Of a stretch of 64,000 nt of DNA, positions 1-14,308 are shown in pieces. The notes below the pieces were generated by a model. The model did not search any database. It was not told where the DNA came from and was given only the letters and a program-made list of their open reading frames with translations. The DNA comes from Takakia lepidozioides (taxonomy: Eukaryota; Plantae; Bryophyta). The stretch spans positions 72,974,001 to 73,038,000 of the forward strand of contig CM060731.1 in the NCBI GenBank assembly GCA_030704615.1, in the 5' to 3' direction. A program made the translations under genes and the position numbers. Within the stretch, counting starts at the first letter, position 1. Each line of letters starts with the position of its first letter.

Positions 1-911
1 GTGAGGCTGTATGCTTGTCCTGAGGCTGTTTTGCAATAATGAACTGTAATTGTGAACGTGGAGGTCACAATTGCAAGGTTCTGCTTGTAACACGAGAAGT
101 ATCTGCCTTCACCACAAATTATCTATGCAGACCCTTTCACTGTGTGAAAGTGATCGGCTGAATTTGACTACTTGGTCAGGCTGCTTGTAATGTTTGCTTG
201 GTGTAACTAATTCCAACTCGTTTTAGGCCCCAGCAGCACCAATAGTTAGGTGGCATTCCAGATTCGCAACGCTAAATAGGCCAGCTAAATGGCATTTTAG
301 CTAATTAGTTAGCAGGTGGTCCACTCACAGTTGGTGTAGCTACTAGATGATTTGTTTTGGCCACTGGCCCAGTCTCTTCAAAAGTATACAAATGGTCTTC
401 CTGGCGGGCAGCTACCTGAAACTGTGGAGCATTAGGTTAAGGTGCAGGTGAGTGGGACTGTTGAAGTGGGGCGGGTCACCTAGAGCTAGGGCACAACCGT
501 GGATTAAGCATAACTACTCTTAACTATAACATAACAGGCCCTTAGGCCAATCAAGCATCTCCTTAACATACAGAAGCTTCCCAAGAGTAGAAATTCTCAT
601 TGTTATAGACAGAAGCTGCAAAATGCCCGCTGTGTGACACATGATATCATGCTTGCAACTCATCTACAATACAGCCACACCTAGTGCTTTCTATTTTGTT
701 CTAGAGCCTCAGATCTTCTAACTAATTTGTCCAATGAACATACGTAAAGCTGACAGGACATATCTCAGGTCGCAACAGGCACCCCTCAGCAGGCACTCAT
801 CACCATGTTAATCTCTCTTGAGGGTGCGGTGAGGCACACTATTAATTTACATTTGAGGTAACAAATAGGAGGAAAAATAGGATTTGCGCATTAAAGGTCA
901 TTAGCTGGCCC

Positions 912-3900
912 TCAAAAAAGGACACCTTGCTTTGCAGTACTGGTTACCAACTCGATTATCCGGTACATCCACCGATCCAACATCCCTGTCATATGTGAAC
1001 ACCCCACTATCAGTCAAGATAATAATCGTGATGTAATTCTCAAATTACCATCAACAGGCCAGCTGTTGCCAACTCCATCTCAGGCACCTGGGGTTTTCTA
1101 AGTATATGGCATACCAAATGGTCTAAATGAAACAATCAAGCACCCTCCATGATCAGAGAAGCCCTGGTCAAATTACAATCGCCAGCCAATGCACCAAGAT
1201 TTGACAATCTCACAGTGGAATTGAGTGGTTCAACACACATAGGTATTCATGGAAGCTATCTGAAAATCGTACCAGTTCACTTCTGTGCATCTGAGAAAAC
1301 TCAGATACAGTGAATGAGGTGACTGAGGATTTGAAGACGTGACAGTTTGCCTATTTGTTGATAGGCAAGACTAAAAGGACAAGAAAGAGGGGGAGGATAG
1401 AAACACCATCCATTTCATTTGCAGACTCTACCTGTGACAGCAAATGTCCCTCCGAGGACAGCACAAAGACGTGTGAGGAAATGGCCAAAGTTGCGCCGTT
1501 GCTCCTTGATGGTCACTATGATGGGAGATAAGTCATACACAAAGTACACAGCTGCAAAAAGCCCATACACTACCAGATGACAATCCATTTTTTTGTAATA
1601 AGGAACAACGGTAGTCAAAAGCATTGGCTCGAAGTACTTGGTAGTATATCTGAGAAACTGGACCTTTATTCCCTAGACCTCTGACACACAACCACTGTAA
1701 ATGGACACAAACCTATGTTCGTCCATTTAATCATCAGTTGAGTTATAGGTTGCTGCCCAACAACTCTGTTGCTATGTGTATATATCAACCAAGACGTGTA
1801 TATACACCATCTGTCTTTGGATCTGCAATCTATCGTTTGACTGATGTGCCGTCCACATACCCAATGCCCAGCACAAACCTGGCCAATGTTGGTCGTGTTT
1901 TTGGAGTGGTTGGTAATATTCCGTCACCGAGAACTGGTTCGTAGGCAACGTTCGCCCTGTCAAGTACTGGTATTCTGTGGGCACAATCTGGTGCACACTC
2001 TCCCCCGGCCCCGGATCCACAAATTAGATATAGGGGACTAAGCATTAGTTGAATGAGTGGCTTTATGGTTCCAAAAACAACACAGGCACAAGTAAACTGC
2101 CCACATGGGTTCACTTCTGTCATGACAAAAACCAACATATAATAATGCTGTAAGCTACAGTTCATACCCTTGTCATCAGATCATGTATTTAGGCTTAAAT
2201 TTTCACAAAGCATTCCAACAGATCTTGACAGCATGTTAATTGCAGATTAAACCAGAAATGGGGTGTAGTACCTAGCCATGTTATCTTGCTACCAAATTAC
2301 TTACACACAACACCCCTGGACTAATAACAGGACTACTAACAGAGCAAACATTCTTCAGACAACATGTTGAATCTTACGTGATCCACAAAAAGGAGGCAGG
2401 AAATTGAGACATTAACTCCCCAGGGAAGGGAAAAGGCATCTAACCTGCCCTGTTTGGACTAAGCAGGAAAGGGGGTGATAGAAAGAAGAAACGAGCGGAG
2501 CTGGTGAATGGGAAATCAGAATGGACACTACAACTTGTCTGATTCTGGAGTAGACAAGTTGATCTGTTCTTCCAATTGCAAGAAACCACTTCACTGTGGC
2601 AACGATTTGATAGATAAAATTATCCCAGAATCCAGACCCAGTGACGGGACAGCTTATACACAAGTTTGATGCATTGATTCATCCCGGAATTCTGACCAAA
2701 TACGCAGCAGAGGGAAAGAAATACAGCACATTCAAGGCAGAGAGAGAGGACACAGATAGAGACAGAAACAAACAGAGACAAAGGCAAATTTGATAAGATC
2801 CAGAGCAAGAGAGCGGAAGATACAGTTGATCCAACTGAAAAGGAAAAGAAAACAACCTTAAGGAAGTATTTGAAAGTGCCACTGGTGTCCTGGAGAATAC
2901 GGTCCGTGTTATCCAAAGGGTTGTGGATTCCTGGATATTCAGGCCCAAACGAGAGACTGTGGATGATATGGCTCACGTTGACCTCTTGCACTGTCTCAAA
3001 AATCTGCTTTACTCCTTCCACCCATCCCACCCATCAGGACAACTGTGTTGCTCACAAGATTCGATAGTGACATATGTTCCTGAATGTCTACCAGAATGAC
3101 TGCCTAGGGAAAGTGGATAGAAAACCAACATCAATCCTTCATCAAGTGATCACAGTTGTCATGGTTGCAGATGCAGTGGTTTATATTCTACTGATGTACA
3201 ATTGTGGGTTTGATAGACAGGGCTCTGCTAAGATATGTGGGACTCAGTGAAGCAAAGAGATATCAGTGGGCACTTGTGATAGGCTACTATAATTTTGCAG
3301 CAAAACTCCTTGTGCAGCTGCCATAAGGACGCACACCAAACCTGCCCTTAGCAAAGATTAATAGGGCTGGCAACATACATATTGTTTGCACAAACTGTGA
3401 GAAGAATAACCATTATAAATCTTTCTATTTTGGCAGCAGGAGAGAGTGTACTCATAAGACGCCTGGCATCAGGAGAAAACAGACAAACAGCTAGTTTTGA
3501 GAGGAGGACCTGCTGGGCAACATAGATGCTTAAACCATGCATTGAAATATGAAAGTTTCCAGCCACCCTGGCCACATCCAACACACCATACACCTGCACC
3601 CGATAGCATTTCTGTCAGTCCTTTGGTTTCAAAGGGAAATTCAGGGAGCAGAAAGAGGACAGAGGAAGCTACACCTGGGAGACATGGAGAATCCTAACAG
3701 CTTTTCATTTGTATTGGTTGTGTTTGTACTGTGTGAATCCAAGAGATGGTAAGCCATTGAAAGAATTTAGAAATGGACATAAAGCTGGAAACAACCGCTA
3801 GTCCCACATAACCTCCTAGGTAGACCACAAGTTTCATCCCAAATATCAGGCGTCCCTTATGGTTCTTATTTGCAGAAAACATACATGATCTACAGTGTGT

Positions 3901-6308
3901 TCTTTGCTTGAAAATTACCTTACAATTGCATAAATAATACAAACCAAAAGCAAAAGTGAGAAAGGTGCAGTGTGCTACCCGGCATCCTTCCTGATCTTGA
4001 AGTGCACGTTTCACATCCTTGATCACCTTCGTAGGATCCTTAAGCATTGCAATTTTGTGACCATGCCCATGATCAAAATCATGTGCGTGCCCTGGTATTT
4101 TCCACCCCCAATGAACCAGAAGATTGAAAACAGAGCTCTCTCCCTCTGTCTAGCTGGCTCAACACCAGTTGCACTATTCTAAGCACAAATATGCTCAAGA
4201 CAACTTCCAATGTATTCACAGGGGACGGGGTTGAGGGGAACGAGTGATGTCATGACAGGGAAGATATATGAAACAACAGCCAGCCTTGCTACCGACACAA
4301 ATGAAATGTATATCAGGTTACCATGCTCCTGGTCTGATTCATGATCCGCCTGTGATTTGTGCTCCCCCTCAACAAGATCAGACACGTACTCTGAGCCCAA
4401 TATGTAGCCATCCTTATGCAACCGAATCTGCACAAATTCAAGGTCCTCAACACACAGTTGTTCAAGAGACACTAGAAACATATATAACATTGAGGAACAT
4501 CTTGAGATTGTGGAACCCCCTCCCATCCACTTAATTCTGCAGAACAGGTGTCCAAGGCCTTCTTGGCCAGATGGTCAAAATAGTGGAGACCATTAATACA
4601 CTGTGCTCAGACTGGTGATGAACAGTGCTAATGCAAGAGCAAAGCAAGAGTAGATTAGCAAAGAACTGGTTAAGAAGAACCTACTTTCCAAATATTGGTA
4701 TCAAGGTCAACTTCATGCTTTCCAGACATGTCAATTGCGTCCATACTTAGCACTGCCCCACATCCACATTCATCTCTTTTAACGTCAGACCAAAAAAATG
4801 AGCAAGAGAGAATTAAGAAACCAAGAAAAGAAATTTTATAGCATCAACAGGGGGCTTTGAGGGCTCATAGGACAAAGTAGAACAACAAGAAAGAAAGAGA
4901 CCCCAATGATATAAGAGAAAAGACAGTGAAAGGAAGGTTTCAAATACATCTAAGAACACACCTTCACAAGGGAGGCCAGGGAATGTCATATTGATATGAA
5001 TGGGTAGTTTCTCGCCACGCTTCACATCCACCGACATCTGTACCACCAGGGTCATTGCTGACTTATCCCAACATACATACATGATGTGCCAAGCTAAAAA
5101 GCCCTTTAGAGCCTGCACGTGATTTAAGATTGACACGTGACCTTCTCATCAACAACACCATTGACATTTGACCCTTAAGTACCAAGGGCACATTGATCTG
5201 CTGCAGCAGAAATGACTGCTACTCTTCATTGTGGAAATACCCTACCAATGGTGTGTAGTCACCAGAAGCATAACAGTGATTTAGGGTTTCTAGCAAAACC
5301 AACTCATCTCGTGAAGCTAAGCTATCTAACATATGGCACAACTTCCAACAGTGAAATGAGATCTCAAGAAGGCAAATGCACTCAAACTTCCCCAGCCTCA
5401 TCGAATCCGCTGTGCACTGATCCAATGGTGTTGTTATGACAAGGAAACAAAGGCCGTAGATAAGTCTTCCTAGTGAGAGAGAGGAACCAGAAGGGGGGGT
5501 CAACTTAGATACCTCATGCACGGTGAAGGGTGTGAGGTAGAAGCGGAGCTCATGGGTAAAGAGCACCACCATAATCAATAGGCCGATTATTGACACTGCC
5601 CCATCCACATTAAACCAAATCTTCAGAATGAATTCTCCTTGGTTTATGTTTACATCTGCACTGCTCCAATCAAACTGTATCCTTGGGGAGGACCTCCTGA
5701 TAGCATACTAAAGGAATCACCACACCCACCATCGTACAGCTGGCCATAGAAATCTAGGAGGTGCTACATGACTCCTCACACACTCACTGTATGTCGTCCT
5801 ATGACTTCAGACATCCAAGTTATTTTTGACAATGCCATATACACAGTCTTCACGATGAGGTTTTAGCATCTGGCTAACAATGTCCAAGAAAAACCACAGT
5901 GAATGCCTTGGTTCCAAATCAGATGTTAGCAAAATTGAGCGATGTGATTTCTGCAGAAGGGTACTGGGCAATGCACTGACTTTGTGGGTGACGACAACGG
6001 AAGTGAAAGCTGCACAACTTCATGAGCATTATCCAAATCAGGCAAATACCAAGAGCAAGCACAAGGCGTCCACCCTCCAGCACAGCTGAGGGACCTTGAG
6101 ACTTCACATGTCTACATTTCTAAACCAACCAACAGTCTCCCAAAATGGGCAATGTACTATAACAGCAGAGAGTGCCTGTCCCCTAGTAGAAGTTTGCTAG
6201 AAAGTAGCCAGGTTTACCAGCTGCGCCTGATGAAGTTTTCTGGGTCAAATGCTCCTCAGCCCGGGGGAAGGCATCCAGGTGCTTGATATACTGCCACTTG
6301 AACCCCAT
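912..6308 (-). CDS. ER-Golgi intermediate compartment protein, Erv41/ERGIC2-like (multi-exon)
   Basis: GT-AG exons join to MGFKWQYIKHLDAFPRAEEHLTQKTSSGAA/VSIIGLL...ELRFYL/...VLSMDAIDMSGKHEVDL/...GCR/VYGVLDVARVAGNFHIS/...NVSHIIHSLSFGPEYPGIHNPLD/...VYFVYDLSPI...LCAVLGGTFAVTG/MLDRWMYR...GVLF*. ATG at 6308, TGA at 912-914. Lacks the Cys-rich insert of Erv46/ERGIC3. Confidence 0.92.
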
Positions 6309-7164
6309 CTTTGCACTCCTTTTGCCCACCCAACTTAAGCGTGAATGGAAACCCTTGAATTGTCTGTGGATTGAAAAGACTGAGTGTAAGTTAAAAAGGA
6401 CACCTCCATCACAGAGGCTCCAAGCACACAGAAATACCAGAACCGGAGAATGGGAGGCTGACGACACATCCTAAAATGCGGAGAAAAAAATGGTTCCCAA
6501 CCCTTCCAACAACTACTAAAGAAGATTCGACTTCCTCGAGAAGGATTAGTATGCCCACGAGGTAAGGTCACCAAAGAGTCCACAAGATAAAAATGGGTCC
6601 CCGATAAGCAGACGCAATCGTGAGTCAGCTCTGAACTAATGAATTCAGTGAAAACCCTAATCAGCGTGCTCGCGAAAGTAGCTGAATTACTTGGAATACT
6701 CGCATAGATCCCCGACCCACCAACACCATGTTGCTGGAATTGGTGGTTGGCTTGTTCCAATCTCTCTCTACAGACATAAATAGACACGAAAATGAAACCT
6801 CTACCCCTTGCCCTTCATATTTCCAAACAAGCCCATCAAACCATGAGCTCGTACAGACTCCAAGCAATTCCCAGCAACAAAAGCGACTTCTAACCTTACC
6901 AAAACCAACAGATCAATCCCAAAAGCTCTGCTCTACTTGAATCCGAGCTGCACCCTCCTCGCCAGGCCGATCCGCACCGAGTAATCCATACGCGTTTCAC
7001 TCATCTCCAACAGCAGCTCATCACATCAGCTTTCAACCAACCTCTCTTCTACAGATCTCACAGAGCTCCCCACACACACACACCAGAGCACGCTTCTGCT
7101 ACAAGCAGATTTTTAGGTCAAATAAAACCCCTCTAGTCTGAAAAATACGAGCCAATGATATTAT

Positions 7165-7989
7165 CCCTTAAGTTCCCAAGCCCTTTTTTGACTTTTTACC
7201 AATTTTGGGTACCCAGCTGCAGTAAATTGCCCCTAGAAACCTACCAAAAATCATCCACAGATTCCAGCCTTATAGGAGTGGGCCCACCTCATTTATGCAT
7301 GACATACCAAAACATGAGCCAAGTCCACCGTGGAAATTGTGAGATTATAGCGTTGGCCCGAACCTCAAATATCAGGTCCCAAAGAAAAAGTGAGAAAGAA
7401 ATTGGTTTGACCAAATCAAAACCTAGCTTTCTCCAGTTTTGCTTGCCCCAAGACCCACCATTTCCAAATCAATAGTGGAGTGGCCATGACCCCACTAAAT
7501 TGCAGGTCCAGCTGATTTTTTCACCTATGCTTGCTATTCATGCAATTACATGGGGGTTGAAATCTCAAAATTGACAAGAGAAAATGTGCCTCCAAATGAA
7601 GTACTTTTTTTTCTACAAATTTTTTAAAAGCCAACAGTGGATGTGTGTATGTAATGCTCACACACCACAAGGTGCAGTGCTTTTTCCAAAATTACTAATT
7701 TTCTGCCAAAAATGGCCTTTGGAGTGCAATCTGTTTTGGGCTTGTTTACCTGCCACGTCAGCGGTCAACAAACCCTTTTCAGGCCCCAAAACTTAAATGA
7801 GAGATCTAAGATATTTTTTGTAGGTTTGTAGCTTTTTTTTTTTTTTAATTTTGTTTTTTGCATCATACTCGAGACAAATCCCTTGTCATTAAAGCTTCGG
7901 GAGTGGGCCCCATCAGATTAGATCTGCAAAAATTAGGTCGAACTGCAAATTCAAAGTGACCGGATTCAGGTCGCTTGGGAACTTAAGGG
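7165..7989. mobile_element. Non-autonomous TIR element (MITE) with piggyBac-like ends
   Basis: Perfect 17-bp TIRs CCCTTAAGTTCCCAAGC (7165-7181) and GCTTGGGAACTTAAGGG (7973-7989). Flanked by TTAT (left) and TTAA (right). No credible ORF. Confidence 0.72.
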
Positions 7990-8813
7990 TTAATATCCCA
8001 TATCATTTGCCCATCTTCAACCGTTCTCAGACTATATAATCCCCCACATTCATACCTACATGATGAATGAAGCTCCGAATGGATGTCACATGTCATCCAC
8101 CGGGCTCCTGTAGGTTCCGGGCGACATATTCCAGGCGAAATCGCCCCCTCTGACCAGCACACTCTATTGAGTACAGCAAAGGTAACTTAACCCTAGATTC
8201 GAATTTGTCTTAATTCCCTGAATTAGGTTTATGGGGACCCATTCACACTGCGGGGCTGCGCCCAATGAGAAGGGCTGAATTACAAAACGTGACATATTCC
8301 GGGACTGCTATTGGCTGTGTGACGTGGAGGGCTGGTATTGTTAAGCCAGTCACCGCCGTCCACGTTGGCATTAGTCAGATTGCAGAGTGGGCACCTGCCC
8401 ATTCCGAGTAGAAAATCTGTGGGGCTGAGCTGCATCATCGCTGCAAATGGGAATGAGAATCTCGGGTTTGACTGTTTGATTCATCGGATGTTAGTGGGCA
8501 GAAATCGGGACTTAGATTGTGGCACTGGGTCCCGAGGGCGGTGTCGGAGGAATGTGTAGAGGAGTAGTAGCTTGGGAGATTCGATCTGAGATGTTTGGGG
8601 GAGGGATGGGGAGACAAGAGCGGGATGGGAGGGATTAGTGGGGCCTCGAGAGAGTTGAATCCGAGGAATTGGTAGGGGGTACGATGTGGGGAGGATTTGA
8701 AGGCGTTGTGTGTAGTTAGAAGTGTGGAATCTTCTACTTTGGGGACTACTAGGGGCTGGGAGGCCACAGTAGAGGGTAATAATTAGGTTAGGAGGGCAGT
8801 GGGAGGTTTCACG

Positions 8814-11800
8814 ATGCAGATGCTTAATGGGTTGAGGCAGCTGGATGCGTACCCGAAAATCAATGAAGATTTTTACAGTCGAACGCTTTCCGGGGGGTTG
8901 ATTACTATTATTTCTTCAGTCGTCATGACCCTTCTTTTCTTCACGGAATTACGTAAGTCTATCTACCCTTGGAACCTGATTCATTAGTTCTAGCATCTCT
9001 GCTCCCTCCTTGATCAGTATATTTGGGTGTAGACTACTCGAGGATCTGTCTACTTAAAACTTCAAACAGCAAATGTGCTGGGAGGGCTAAGGCTTTCAGT
9101 CGTGGAATGACAAGGAAAATTCCAATCAGGGAAACAAGTGGTGATGTGATGTGTGGTTAACCCCACTAGCAAGTAGGGGATTTGCATTCGATTGAGCAGG
9201 GTAGAAATTGCTTCTTTGATTTGAAGAATCTGAGACATTTCTAGATAAATTAGAGGACCTACAAGGTAGTGATAGACTGCTGAGCTTAGGCTTTTCCTCA
9301 ACCTCTTGACAGGCATCCACATCTAAATTATCTACAAATCTATTGTAACAAACCAAGGGATTGATGTACAGTCTAGCAAATTCAATTTCTTGCCAGGTGA
9401 ATACTTAGTCAATGTTGCTTTACCCCTCTTCTTTTGGGGATGCCAACATCTTCAGCTCCTATGCCCTCAGTATTAGTGAAACCATGTTCAGCCAGTGGAT
9501 GCTATGGAATATAATTTCGTGGAGTGATGGCTACTTAGGGGTTTAGTTATACCTCAACCTTGTAGGGTGTCAGGGGAAGAATACATTTCATATGCAAGTC
9601 AGTCTAGCATTTTGAAGAACTGCATCATGGGATGTTGATTGATCGGTTGCTATCTTGGATGTTGCGAGTTTTTGACCGAACTCAATAACCCTAATCCTGG
9701 TGTTTCGAACTCTGTTTTTAAGAATTGATGGTGCATGAAGTTAGAGAGTTTCTGACAGCATTTTTAGTGAAAGGAGAATGCTGATGAGACAGCTGAAGAC
9801 TGGATTAGAATGAAAGATGTCTGGTTGGACGTCAATTTATTTCTGGCATAGTTGATTAAAACAGAATTTACTGTTGCATCATTGACATCTCGAAATGGGT
9901 CCCTTTGTTCTGGATTACATCTTACAGCAATGCAGAGAACAAATGTTGCACACTCTCTAGGCAACGTTTGTTCTCTGCATTGCTTTTGAGCTAAAATCCA
10001 GAAAAGAGGAGGAGCCTGACAAGTACTTCTCTTTGGAACTTCTGTATTATCTTGAGATGTGTAGTTGTGTTCAGCGGAATGTAAAGATGTTAGGTTCTAG
10101 AAAACGTTAACCCTGGAGTGAGGGTTTTTGCAAGTTGGAAGGAGAATTGGCTTTTGTTTTGCTAGGCACCTCATCACTGTGCAATTAATTTTATCTTTTA
10201 GCAGAGCATATGATTCTCCCATACCAACGTTCTCTCCCTCGCCCTCTCTCTTGTGGAAGGCTTCTCTTCTATCCCAACTCCATGCATTTGATTAGTGTGT
10301 CGGTGGAGCAGATTGAGGGTGGCATATCATGGAGCCTAAGTAGTGTTAACATGGACTGGTGGTTGGGACTGCAGAGTTGTTTTTACATACTCAAACAACA
10401 AATGAACTGGTGGTAGACACAGCCAGAGGGGAGACCCTTCAGATCAATGTGCGTATCATTCTCTTACCATCTCAGCATTGTGTTAGCCCTATAGAGCTGG
10501 GATAGGGAAACATTTAATCTTAACCTGTCATGTATTTTGCATGTGTGCAAAGCATGAACTAGTCTAGTTGGGCATGTGTATGTGTAATCTGATATCCAGT
10601 CCTGCCATTGTTTGGCCACCACACGTTTTCCCCTGGAGGCAATGGTCAAATGGAAATATGAGGAGTATGTTGATGGAAGAGGCTCAGTGATTGATGTGGT
10701 ATGATATGCAGCTGGATGTGACATTCCCAGAATTGGCCTGTTCAGTTGTCAGTCTAGATGCGATGGACATTAGTGGTGAGCAACATCTTGATGTGGTATG
10801 TGGAGCTTTATCCCTGATACTTCACCTACTCATGCCCTTAGTCTAGCTGCTGCAAGTTGAATTGTCAGATTGGATGCGTTTGGACTACCTTTTTTTCCCA
10901 CTTGACTCTGAAGTGGCTTAATTCGAGCAGAGAATGCTTACTTTTCTGACCTTATGTCTGAATATTACAGAAGCACAATATTTACAAGAAAAGGCTAAAT
11001 GCGGCTGGGATGGTGATCGAGCCCCCCAAACCAGACGTCATCAATAGCCCCAGAGTTTGTCCTCCTTGCCCTCATTCTGCATCATTGATCTCGTTTCCTT
11101 CATTCCTTCAAATGGACAAGCATACATCTCCTTATTTGCTTTCTTAATGCTCTGCCCTTAAATGTTGGACACGGAGCTAGCTGTATATTGTTGGGCAGCT
11201 GCTCCCAGAAAATTTGCTAGCTTTCAGTCTTAGTAGTGAGTGTCCTCTCTGAAACCCTTGGCTAGTACATCAGCTGATCCAGGCCCTTCTTAATCTGACC
11301 AGTGGTCGTCTTTGGAGGCAGATAGAGAAGCCATTGCAGAAGCATGGAGGCAGGCTTGAGCACAATGAAACGTATTGCGGTTCCTGCTTTGGCGCTGAAT
11401 CTGTCAGTTCCCCCTCTTTTGTGTTTGATGAGAACCATGTTGCGATGTGCAGAAACTTCCGAGTAGCATGCATTGAGAACATTCCAAGACAAGTCATTGT
11501 CTGAAGCATTAGATGGGAGTTTCAATCTTCGCTTAGACGAGGGATGTCACGTCATTCAAAAATGTAGAGAAAGGTTCACTATCGGGTGAAACAGAGTAAA
11601 ATTCTTTAATTGGGAAGGCAATGGATGTGTGCAGCAAGATGATGAGTGTTGCAACAATTGTGAAGAGGTGCGTGAAGCATATCGCAAGAAAGGCTGGGCT
11701 TTGACGAACCCTGACCTCATTGATCAGGTGAGCCTTACTAAGTTGTACATTTCTCCTTTGTCCTCTGTCAGTCTGTGTCCTGGTTTGTGGGCTTTATTTT

Positions 11801-14308
11801 ATATATGTGTAGATTTGTAATATCAAAAGAACACTCTTATTAGTTGTGCAGTGATCCTGACATTCACTGGGGGATGGATCATCTGGCAGTGCAAAAGGGA
11901 GGGGTTTCTGCAAAAGATAAAGGAGGAGGATGGTGAGGGGTGCAACGTGTATGGGTCTTTGGAGGTTAACAAGGTGGCTGGCAACTTCCATTTTGCACCT
12001 GGGAAATCCTTTCAGCAATCAAACATGCATGTCCATGACCTCCTGGCCTTCCAGAAGGACAGCTTCAATGTATTTTTCACCTTCCTCTCTCTCTCTCTCT
12101 CTTCCTCACACACAAACCCCCGTGAGAGCACTGTCAGATTTCAGATGTTTCTTAATGCATTGAAAAACATTGAAATTTCAAATGTGTTTTTGTTGGCCAG
12201 GGGGATGGGCACGTTGTCAAGAAGCATCAGTGTTTCAACCGTTCTATGTATTATTCGTGTTACTATGGTGTGCCCCTTCAACTATGGATGCTCACGGCTT
12301 AGAATACTGATTAAAGCAGTTTTATTTGTGATGTGAAACCTGTGTGACATGATTGTGGCAGGTGAGCCATAAGATTAATGAGCTAAGCTTTGGTGCTCAC
12401 TTTCCTGGAGTTGTGAACCCATTGGATGGGTATGACAAATTCTCTTTCTCCTATCCATTTGGTGTAGTTTGTGACGGGCTCAGACTGTTTGTCCTGTTTT
12501 GTTTGTAGTCTGGAAAGGCCCATAGAAGTGCCTATACGTACAGTGGAGGTACTCAATTGGACATTCCCTGTGAACACTGGCTATGGGGGCACTGCCAGTT
12601 CATTTGTGAGCCCACCCATAATCATGATTACGTTCTGGGTGTTGCATGTGTGTATAAAGGGGAGGAATGGATTGCTGAAAGGTTATTGAATCCTGCAAAA
12701 AGGTTGCTTCGGATAAATGGCAAGAATTGCCATGGAGCCCAAAGTGTTTGAGTTCCACTCTGCAGATTTAGCTTAATGCAATGGTTTGACTGACTTCAGC
12801 TGCCATGACTACGTTGAGCCCCCTTGATTAACTTCACTTGTGACTCCAAACTTTATGCTTTTGTGGTGCAACCCTGCCCTAAGAACATTGGGATGGGATA
12901 CAGGATGGAATTTCCAAGTTGTGCTTTCTTAAAGCTGTAATGGGGGATTGGCAGGGTGGGACGCACTCAAGAGACAGGAAATGGCATGTACCAGTATTTT
13001 ATCAAGGTATGTTCTCTCTTTAGGGATTTAGCATTTCTTGTATCTGAGATTTTTTACGAACTCAGGCCTGATGATGTTATGGTAAATAGCTTTCTGGAAA
13101 CAAGTTGTAACATTGAAACTGATTTGCTGTCCGCTTTCGGAGCCTTCAGAAATGGTAGTGGTCATCTCCTTACCCTCATTTCTGTACTCTCCCCATCCTT
13201 GTTTCTCTATCCATATTAGGCAACAGAATGTGCATGGACCTGTTGAAAACTTTGGGGGCTTGGCGCAGGTGGTACCTACGCTATACACTGACATTAGAGG
13301 CCACAGGATTGCTACCAATCAGGTTTGTCAGTCTGCTCAACGCTCTCCACCTGATCGCTTTGTGTGCTCACTGAGGGAGGCTTTCATGAACCTAGCAATG
13401 GACTGTTCTGCTGTTGGTGGTGTGGTTTTACCAGAATGTGGCGTGTGCATCCAGTAGAAGAAATAATCGGCGGACATATTGAGGTGTTGAAATTTATGAG
13501 CAGAATCTGGTGCAGCTTACCTGCTTATAAGTTGACACACATGATATGCTGAAATACTTCTATCGTTGCAGTTTTCAGTCACAGAGCATTTCAAGGGGGG
13601 CGATCAGCCTGGGCAAGGCCGCACTCTACCAGGCGTCTTCTTCTTCTATGACCTCTCACCCATCAAAGTTAGTGCATGCATATTCTCTTTTTTGGTTCTT
13701 CTTTTGAACATAACAGGCTCATTACGTTAGATTGTAGCAAGTTTTGAATAGAGCCTTGGATTGTGGCTCCCTCCTTGCTAGTGAGAAAGTGCTTCTCCAG
13801 GTCTGCTGGTAGTGGTTGATGACTGTGTGTGCTTGTGGGAATTATTGGAACAGGTAAAGTTTACAGAGCAAAGAACATCATTTTTGCATTTTCTCACGAG
13901 TGTGTGCGCTATTGTGGGAGGTATGAAGCAGGCACCCTTACTGCTTAGATAGTCTTTAGATGAGTGATTGTCTTGCAATCATCATGTAACTTAATCTGGA
14001 CTTCGCTTCACCTCTGTTTTGGAAGATAACTTTCTTTGCTGTCTGTGGTTCAACCTCTTCATACTCCGAAGCTTTATTTTTTGACGCTGAATTTTGCAAC
14101 CTTGCCTGACAAGTATAGTGCAAGCATGAAAGGTTGTGAGTAGATTGATGATGTTCGTCTCAAAAATGGAAGTTAGTGTCCTGACCAAGGCGGCTGCGTT
14201 GGGGTATGGGTGGCAGGAGTGTTCACGGTATCAGGCATAATTGATGCTTTTGTGTACCATGGGCACCGAGCAATCAAAAAAAAAATTGAGATAGGCAAAC
14301 TGAGCTAA
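8814..14308 (+). CDS. ERGIC3: ER-Golgi intermediate compartment protein 3 / Erv46-like (multi-exon)
   Basis: Exons join to MQMLNGLRQLDAYPKINEDFYSRTLSGG.../LDAMDISGEQHLDV/...YCGSCFGAES/QDDECCNNCEEVREAYRKKGW/...GCNVYGSLEVNKVAGNFHFAPGKS/...LPGVFFFYDLSPIK/...HRAIKKKIEIGKLS*. The Cys-rich insert is typical of Erv46/ERGIC3. TAA at 14306-14308. Confidence 0.94.
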
